Shown here: piece by piece, positions 57,658 to 64,000 of the stretch | Position numbering within the stretch: position 1 is the stretch's first letter | Layout of the letters: every line of letters starts with the position of its first letter | DNA from: Pseudoalteromonas sp. | Lineage (GTDB): Bacteria > Pseudomonadota > Gammaproteobacteria > Enterobacterales > Alteromonadaceae | Assembly: GCF_018402495.1 (NCBI RefSeq) | Contig: NZ_JAGYIU010000002.1 | Span: 26,984 to 90,983 of the forward strand | Direction of reading: 5' to 3' | Length of the DNA stretch: 64,000 nucleotides | Made by a program: the position numbers and the translations under genes | The notes under the pieces: generated by a model | The model's database searches: none | Seen by the model: the letters and a program-made list of their open reading frames with translations, nothing else | What the model was told of the DNA's origin: nothing

Positions 57658-60159
57658 TTAAGCCAATGCGCGTACTAATCCTTGGGTGTTTTGCTTAAGT
57701 GTACGGGCAATCATAAAATAACCTAACCCCGCGACAAACAGCCCCCCCGCAACAGGGCCTATAAACCAAATATTAGGATGCAACTTACCGGCTAAATCAA
57801 ACATTTGCTGTTGTACAATTAATAGCGCAATGTCACTAAAAAATGCAGCGACTAGTCCAGCCAAACCACCTAGTAATAAAAACTCATACAAGGTAGCATT
57901 TTTTATTAACCGACCTTTAGCACCTAACGTTCGCAGTATTACAATTTCTTGCATACGCTCACCTAAGCTTGCTTGCACCTGCGATATTAATACCAGTGCG
58001 CCACACAGCACCACAATAGCCAATACAAAGCCAATAGCTAATGATACTTGCTCAATAGTTGATTGAATTTGCTTAACAAAATTATCAACATCAATCGCTG
58101 TTAGCGTCGGGTATGTGCGTAACAACTGACTAAAGTCGCGTTTTTGCTCAGGCTCAATACGCACGGACGAAATATAGGTCGCCGGAAAGTCACTGAGCAC
58201 ATCAGGGCTTAAAATAATAAAGAAGTTCGGCTTGAGTGTCGCCCAGTTGACTTTGCGAACACTGGTTATTTTAGCGTCGAACGACTGCGCACCAATTAAA
58301 AATGTCAGAGTATCACCAAGTTTAACATCAAGACGCTCAAGCATTGATTCTTCAAGTGAGGCTTCGGCAACGGCATCATCAGCAAACCATTTTCCATCAA
58401 TAATGTCATTTTGAGCGGGCACCTCTTCAAGCCAGGTTAAGTTTAACTCGCGGCCAATGCCTGAGCGGGCTTCTTCGTCTTTTTTCTCGTTGTCTTGCAG
58501 TGACACTTCACGTGCTACTGCCTCGCCGTTTACAGCATTTACACGACCACGAATCGTAGGGTAAAACTCCGATACCTGAATACCTTTTTGCGCTAAATAC
58601 TCATTAACCGGCTCCAGTTCATTTTCAGTAATGTTAACTAAAAATGCATTTGGCGCATCGCTTGGCAATTGTGATTGCCAATCCGATATAATATCGTTTT
58701 TAAGTACAATCAAAAATAACAACAATTTAATCGCTAACGAGAAACTAATTAACTGCACCGCATTCACATTGGCACGCTTTTGAATAGACGCAATAGCCAA
58801 AGACCAGCTGTTACCTGGTTTTAAACCTAGTTTTCGGCCACCGCCAAATATTAGTTTAGAAATTAAAAATAACACTAAAATAAGTGCGAGTGTTGAGGCA
58901 AATAAAATGAGGGTTATTTTAATATTGTTGCTAAATAACCACATTAATAAAAATACCGTTAAAGCGCTAAGTCCTATATGAATTTTACTTACCGCGAGGC
59001 GGTCGCCCAAGTTACGACGAAGCACTCTAAGCGGCGGAATATCAAATAAATCTAGCAATGGCTTAATAGAAAACATAACCGCACAAATAACCCCGGTGCT
59101 AATCGCCACCAACCAAGGTTTAAAACCGGCCATAGGTAACTCGGTACCCATGCTTTTTGCAAGGTAACTAGTTGCAATTTCTTGTAAGCCATAGCCAATA
59201 GCAAGGCCAACAATTACCGACATAGCGCACACCATTAATAAGTGTGTCAGGTAAATTTTGCGGATCATGTCCCGGCTGCCACCTAACGTTTTCATCATGG
59301 CAACGGGGTCGTATTGGCGCTCACAATAACGTTTGGCTGATACAGCAATAGCAACCGCCGCTAAAATAATACCGAGTAAACCCGCCAATAATAAAAAGCT
59401 TTCTGCTCTGTTTAAGCTATTTGAAATAGGAGACTGGCGATCTTTTACGCCATACCAGTTTTGATTTTCTTTTAGCTGCGGTTTTAACCAATCGTAAAAA
59501 CTATTTATATCAGCTTCATCGCCTGCATATAACTGGCGATAAAACACCCGGCTACCTGGCTGTATTACTTCGGTTTTTGCTAAATCGTCAATATTAATAA
59601 GTACCCTGCGGCTGCTAGAGAACACATTAAACGGCGCATCGGGTTCTTCTACAATCACTTTTTCAACATTAAACAATGCAGCACCTAGCTCTACTTGGTC
59701 ACCTACGTTTATGTTTAAGCTATAAAAAACCGATTCACTTAACCACACATTACCTGGGCTGGGCGCACCGGGGGCAACCTCAGTTTGAGCATCTAAGGCC
59801 GACTTCACTTTTAACTCACCTTTGAGCGGGTAGCTGTTTGATGCCGCTTTTACCGAACTAAACTGCATTTCATCGTTTGCAAACAGCATAGTGTCAAAGT
59901 AGAGCATTTGTGCTGTTTTAAGGTTTTGTTGTTCGGCTTGAGTAATAAAGGCAGTATCAATTGCATGATTACTGGCCAGCACTCTATCAGCAGCAATAAA
60001 CGCACTACTTTTTTGCGCAATACTTTGTGCAATGCGCTCAGTCACCATCGATAGAGTTAAAACCGTCAATACTGCCAAAGCAATCGCAGCGCTTATAACG
60101 GTTAGCTCACCCCGGCGAAACTCTCGAGAAAACAGTTTAAGCGCTAATTTAGCCCACAT
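57658..60159 (-). CDS. ybbP: FtsX-like ABC transporter permease (YbbP family)
   Basis: 833 aa with two FtsX-type permease modules. It overlaps the upstream ATPase gene. tesA-ybbA-ybbP synteny is as in E. coli. Confidence 0.8.
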   Translation of the reverse strand: MWAKLALKLFSREFRRGELTVISAAIALAVLTVLTLSMVTERIAQSIAQKSSAFIAADRVLASNHAIDTAFITQAEQQNLKTAQMLYFDTMLFANDEMQFSSVKAASNSYPLKGELKVKSALDAQTEVAPGAPSPGNVWLSESVFYSLNINVGDQVELGAALFNVEKVIVEEPDAPFNVFSSSRRVLINIDDLAKTEVIQPGSRVFYRQLYAGDEADINSFYDWLKPQLKENQNWYGVKDRQSPISNSLNRAESFLLLAGLLGIILAAVAIAVSAKRYCERQYDPVAMMKTLGGSRDMIRKIYLTHLLMVCAMSVIVGLAIGYGLQEIATSYLAKSMGTELPMAGFKPWLVAISTGVICAVMFSIKPLLDLFDIPPLRVLRRNLGDRLAVSKIHIGLSALTVFLLMWLFSNNIKITLILFASTLALILVLFLISKLIFGGGRKLGLKPGNSWSLAIASIQKRANVNAVQLISFSLAIKLLLFLIVLKNDIISDWQSQLPSDAPNAFLVNITENELEPVNEYLAQKGIQVSEFYPTIRGRVNAVNGEAVAREVSLQDNEKKDEEARSGIGRELNLTWLEEVPAQNDIIDGKWFADDAVAEASLEESMLERLDVKLGDTLTFLIGAQSFDAKITSVRKVNWATLKPNFFIILSPDVLSDFPATYISSVRIEPEQKRDFSQLLRTYPTLTAIDVDNFVKQIQSTIEQVSLAIGFVLAIVVLCGALVLISQVQASLGERMQEIVILRTLGAKGRLIKNATLYEFLLLGGLAGLVAAFFSDIALLIVQQQMFDLAGKLHPNIWFIGPVAGGLFVAGLGYFMIARTLKQNTQGLVRALA

Positions 60160-60871
60160 TTGCCATTTCCTCTGTTGAATTTTGTACCAGCTCCCCCGCC
60201 TCTATTTGAATAATGCGCTCACATTTTTGTGCTAATGCTTCATCATGGGTCACTAAAATAAGCGTAGTACCATTTTGTTTGTTTAGATCGAATAATAACG
60301 ATTCGATCATATGGCCATTTTTACTGTCTAGGTTAGCTGATGGCTCATCGGCAAACAATATTTTGGGTGAGCCGACAAATGCTCGAGCAATCGCAACGCG
60401 CTGTTGCTCACCACCAGATAACTGCGACGGGTAATGATCAACACGATGGCTTAAGCCTACTTTTTCAAGTAAAGCAAATGCCTGCTCTTTAGCATCTCCT
60501 TTACCTGCAAGCTCTGCCGGTAGCATCACATTTTCAAGTGCAGTTAAGCTTTGCACCAGCATAAAAGACTGAAACACAAACCCAACTTTTGCAGCTCTCA
60601 GAGCGGCCCGCGCTTCTTCGTCTAATGTGTGTAGTGGCTCACCATCTAACACTATTTCGCCACGACTAGCAGTATCAAGCCCAGCTAATAAACTTAACAA
60701 CGTTGATTTACCAGAGCCTGAAGTGCCAACAACAGCCACAGACTCTCCATGCTTGACATTGAAGCTGATGTCGCTGAGGATGGTTAACTCACCTTCAAAG
60801 GTGGAAACCACTTTAGACAAACTATTTACTTGAATTATATTTAATTGAGAAAGCGCTGACATATGACTCAT
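60149..60871 (-). CDS. ybbA: ABC transporter ATP-binding protein (YbbA family)
   Basis: Walker A GTSGSGKST, signature LSGGEQQR, Walker B ILFADEP. An alternative ATG lies at 60862. Confidence 0.85.
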   Translation of the reverse strand: MSHMSALSQLNIIQVNSLSKVVSTFEGELTILSDISFNVKHGESVAVVGTSGSGKSTLLSLLAGLDTASRGEIVLDGEPLHTLDEEARAALRAAKVGFVFQSFMLVQSLTALENVMLPAELAGKGDAKEQAFALLEKVGLSHRVDHYPSQLSGGEQQRVAIARAFVGSPKILFADEPSANLDSKNGHMIESLLFDLNKQNGTTLILVTHDEALAQKCERIIQIEAGELVQNSTEEMANVG

Positions 60872-61486
60872 TCAATCCTACGTTGTGTATTTATTTTATT
60901 TTTAGTTATTAACCCACTACACGCAGCAGCTAACAACACGATTTTAATACTTGGTGACAGTTTAAGCGCAGCCTATGGCTTAAAACAAGAACAAGGCTGG
61001 GTACAATTGTTACAAGATAAATACGATGCCGAGCAACGCAATATCAACTTAGTTAATGCCAGTATTAGCGGCGAAACTACTGGTGGTGCCCTGCGCAGAC
61101 TTGATTCACTGCTTGAGCAATACCAACCGACTCATGTACTTATAGAGCTTGGCGCCAATGACGGACTTCGCGGTTTTCCTGTTACTAAAATGCAAGAAAA
61201 CTTAACCGCTCTGATTGAAAAAAGCCAAGCCATGGATGCACAAACCGCGCTAATGGAAATATATATTCCGCCTAATTATGGCCCGCGCTACAGTAAAATG
61301 TTTACTGATAGTTTTGCTAGCGTAAGCCAAGCTACCGGCTCGTATTTAATGCCATTTTTTGTACTTAAAGTAGCAGGCAAAAGCGAGCTGATGCAAAACG
61401 ATAACTTACACCCTAACAAAACTGCCCAAACAATACTACGAGATGAAATGTATAACACGATCAAACAGTGGTTAAATAAAGAGTAA
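60863..61486 (+). CDS. tesA: GDSL-family thioesterase I/lysophospholipase L1 (TesA)
   Basis: 207 aa. Signal peptide, GDSLS block I, GANDG block, and C-terminal DNLHPN (DxxH). Confidence 0.85.
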   Translation: MTHSILRCVFILFLVINPLHAAANNTILILGDSLSAAYGLKQEQGWVQLLQDKYDAEQRNINLVNASISGETTGGALRRLDSLLEQYQPTHVLIELGANDGLRGFPVTKMQENLTALIEKSQAMDAQTALMEIYIPPNYGPRYSKMFTDSFASVSQATGSYLMPFFVLKVAGKSELMQNDNLHPNKTAQTILRDEMYNTIKQWLNKE

Positions 61487-61602
61487 GGTCGTATAAAACC
61501 TCTTGCGCGAGCATATATTTTTATAAGCTTGCGCAATAAACATCCAAACAAACAAATGCTTATTGATTTTTTTTAAAATACACGTACTATTGCAGTCGAA
61601 GT

Positions 61603-61679
61603 CGGTATGTGGCGCAGCTTGGTAGCGCACTGTCATGGGGTGGCAGGGGTCGAGAGTTCGAATCTCTCCATACCGACCA
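61603..61679 (+). tRNA. tRNA-Pro (anticodon GGG)
   Basis: CGGTATGTGGCGCAGCTTGGTAGCGCACTGTCATGGGGTGGCAGGGGTCGAGAGTTCGAATCTCTCCATACCGACCA folds as a cloverleaf. Anticodon loop ATGGGGT with G37, encoded CCA. Confidence 0.9.
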
Positions 61680-61916
61680 TTTAACTCCTTTCAAAATTCT
61701 ATTTATTAAATAAAAACGGCTTTTCGTACCACCTAATTTTAATAACATAAAATATCGCACACTTATCCACTTCTAGTTCTTAACGTATTTGTTTTAATTT
61801 ATTGCAGCTGTGAGCACCTCTTCGGTGATTTAGTGCACCAGTAAAAGTTGCAGGTTGTGATCACACACCGCGATAAAGCAGCCACTGTTTATATTAATAC
61901 TTCACAAAACCAAAAT

Positions 61917-62468
61917 TTACTTTGCTTGCCAGTGGTATACGTAAATAGGTGTTTGGTAAAAATCTTTAAGCTTGATCACTTTAGTTGGTTTATATGATGG
62001 TAAAGCGAAGGTGTTACTTACAATGGTGATGTTTTTAAGCACGTTTTGTTTTAACTTTTCTTCAAGCGCTACCATACCACTAGGAAACAAGTAACACACA
62101 AGAGTAGACGCTGTACTAAAATCGGCATTTTTAAAGTCTTCACGATAGAGGGTAAGATTATCTAAACCCAAACTATATTTAAAAAGCACTGAAACCATCC
62201 AAGGAAACCACGATAACTCATAGCCAATAACCTGTTTATTAGGCTGCTTTTTGGCAACCGGTATAACAAGCGTTCCCCAACCTGAACCTAAATCAATTAA
62301 TGCGCCTTTTTCATCCATGCTTATTGCATTAAGCATAGTTTGGCGTGCCTTACTTGAACTCATCATTGGTGAAATTCCCGTTTTTAGCGTGCTCCAAACA
62401 ATAGATAAAGCGATTAGAAGAACTAAAAAGAAAAATGCGGTAGCAATAAAGTCCATACTAACTAACAC
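61917..62468 (-). CDS. membrane-anchored class I SAM-dependent methyltransferase (predicted)
   Basis: 183 aa. N-terminal TM and a motif I-like LIDLGSGWGTLV. Confidence 0.55.
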   Translation of the reverse strand: MLVSMDFIATAFFFLVLLIALSIVWSTLKTGISPMMSSSKARQTMLNAISMDEKGALIDLGSGWGTLVIPVAKKQPNKQVIGYELSWFPWMVSVLFKYSLGLDNLTLYREDFKNADFSTASTLVCYLFPSGMVALEEKLKQNVLKNITIVSNTFALPSYKPTKVIKLKDFYQTPIYVYHWQAK

Positions 62469-62593
62469 CTAATAACGGTTGAATCATCATAATCTCACCT
62501 TATCGATTATTTGTTTCTATATAGTAAAACCATTACAAAGAGCACCGTTAGTATAAATTTATTTTATATTTAACACCTGTTTAAAATAAACCA

Positions 62594-62620
62594 CAAAAAA
62601 AGCGCCATTTGGCGCTTTTT
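62594..62620. terminator. bidirectional rho-independent terminator
   Basis: A7-agcgcc-attt-ggcgct-T5. Confidence 0.7.
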
Positions 62621-62637
62621 AGATTAGTAGCAAGGAA

Positions 62638-62886
62638 TTAATGCTTACGCCCTACGCCGTTGCGCACCATGTCTTGGCCGCTTTGGAAAATTTCTTCGGT
62701 AATTTCGCGTGCTAATAAAAGTTGTTGCTTGTCATCAAACACCGCGACAAAACGGCTGCCGTCAGCATTGTTAGTTGCCATGCCCACGCCTGCTACGCCG
62801 GTTAAACCTAAGCCGCCGTTTTCAACTTGCAGTAAAAAGCTTTCAAGTTCAGCGAGGGTGTCGATTGCAGTTAGTTTATTTTCCAT
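62638..62886 (-). CDS. hypothetical 82-aa protein
   Basis: The ORF is followed by a terminator. I do not recognise a family. Confidence 0.4.
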   Translation of the reverse strand: MENKLTAIDTLAELESFLLQVENGGLGLTGVAGVGMATNNADGSRFVAVFDDKQQLLLAREITEEIFQSGQDMVRNGVGRKH

Positions 62887-63053
62887 TGTGGTTGCTCTAT
62901 GTATTGCTCGCCATGGCGAGACTGTAAATAATATTCGGTTATTTTACAGCACACAGTAAAAACTTAAACCACCTTTTAGGTAAAGTCAGAACAGCACCCC
63001 ATAAAGCATGGGCGTTGTAAACTAAAAACCCAGCGAGTGCTGGGTATTAAGTA

Positions 63054-64000
63054 TTAGCTTTGCTTCATTGTGCCTTGTTGTTCAAGGCGGGTATGCCAGC
63101 TGAATGCTTCTTCTAAAATATGAGGCGTATGGCCGCCACGTACACAAGCACGCTCGTAGTAATCAAGCATAGCGTTGCGATAATCTGGGTGTACACAGTG
63201 TTTAATTACTTCAACTGCCCGTTCGCGCGGTGCTAAACCGCGTAAATCAGCAAGGCCTTGCTCGGTCACTAAAATATCAACATCATGCTCGGTATGATCG
63301 ACGTGGCTTACCATAGGTACCACGCTTGAAATAGCGCCGCCTTTAGCAATTGATTTAGTTACAAACACCGATACATGGGCATTACGTGCAAAATCGCCTG
63401 AACCACCAATACCGTTCATCATTTTAGTACCACACACATGAGTTGAGTTAACGTTGCCATATATATCAAACTCAAGTGCCGTGTTAATTGCAATAATACC
63501 TAAACGACGCACAATTTCAGGGTGATTCGACATTTCTTGTGGGCGAAGTACTAGCTTATCGCGGTACTTTTCAAGGTTATTAAATACTTGTGCGTTACAA
63601 CGCTCTGATAAAATAATTGAACATCCAGATGCAAAATTAAGTTTACCCGCATCAATTAAATCAAAGGTAGAATCTTGTAGTACCTCTGAGTACATAGTGA
63701 GGTCTTTAAAATCTGAGTCTAATAAACCCATCATGACTGCATTGGCTATGTTACCAATACCCGCTTGTAATGGGCCTAAGTTTGCAGGCATGCGCTGTTG
63801 CGCTACTTCTTCTTTAAAAAAGTTAACTAAATGGCGTGCAATAGAGGCGGTATCGGCATCTGGGTCGGTTACTGTTGAAAATGAGTCACTTTGATTGGTA
63901 AATACAATACCCACAATTTTAGCCGGATCGATTGGAATAGCGGTGCTACCAATGCGGTCGTCTACTTTTACCAGCGGCACGGGTGTACGCGTAGGACGAT
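63054..64000 (-). CDS. acetyl-CoA hydrolase/transferase family protein (succinate/propionate CoA-transferase-like), C-terminal part; 5' end outside window
   Basis: The frame stays open to the window edge. Contains the motifs MNGIGGSGDFARNA and DILVTEQGLADLRGL, typical of this CoA-transferase family. Confidence 0.8.
   Translation of the reverse strand, partial: RPTRTPVPLVKVDDRIGSTAIPIDPAKIVGIVFTNQSDSFSTVTDPDADTASIARHLVNFFKEEVAQQRMPANLGPLQAGIGNIANAVMMGLLDSDFKDLTMYSEVLQDSTFDLIDAGKLNFASGCSIILSERCNAQVFNNLEKYRDKLVLRPQEMSNHPEIVRRLGIIAINTALEFDIYGNVNSTHVCGTKMMNGIGGSGDFARNAHVSVFVTKSIAKGGAISSVVPMVSHVDHTEHDVDILVTEQGLADLRGLAPRERAVEVIKHCVHPDYRNAMLDYYERACVRGGHTPHILEEAFSWHTRLEQQGTMKQS

Overview
This 64-kb chromosomal window is AT-rich and densely coding. 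It looks like core genome of a marine gammaproteobacterium of the Alteromonadales/Pseudoalteromonas type. That placement is inferred from protein motifs and E. coli-like synteny; no database search was possible.

Housekeeping blocks:
- tpx (partial), adk, htpG with a textbook sigma-32 promoter
- recR-ybaB-dnaX-apt, dusC, pyrC, metR, nadA
- tolQRAB-pal-cpoB followed by seven identical tRNA-Lys(UUU) genes
- ruvCAB, ybbP-ybbA/tesA, tRNA-Pro(GGG)

Accessory content:
1. A minus-strand RiPP-type locus at 14.7-17.1 kb, the most interesting item. It encodes a Sec-signal peptide carrying 11 EGKCG motifs in 22-aa/66-bp tandem modules, followed by a DUF692 (MNIO/MbnB-like) enzyme and a DUF2063 partner. 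This fits the Hvf/bufferin-type copper-binding peptide systems as I recall them.
2. An eight-gene Mrp-like cation/proton antiporter operon in the order E-F-G-B-C-D-D-L, translationally coupled throughout.
3. A six-gene TonB2-type energy-transduction cluster.
4. Two c-di-GMP enzymes, a CAT-family acetyltransferase and a 1057-aa propeller-amidohydrolase.
5. A small mobile-element patch: the 3' remnant of a group II intron next to an intact IS21-family element with a 5-bp target duplication.

Other observations: an in-frame A AAA AAG slippery site plus hairpin in dnaX, an orphan plus-strand terminator (candidate sRNA or mini-ORF) where ybgC would be expected, and a roughly 200-bp intergenic repeat present twice.

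All functional calls rest on reading the translations and sequence by eye.
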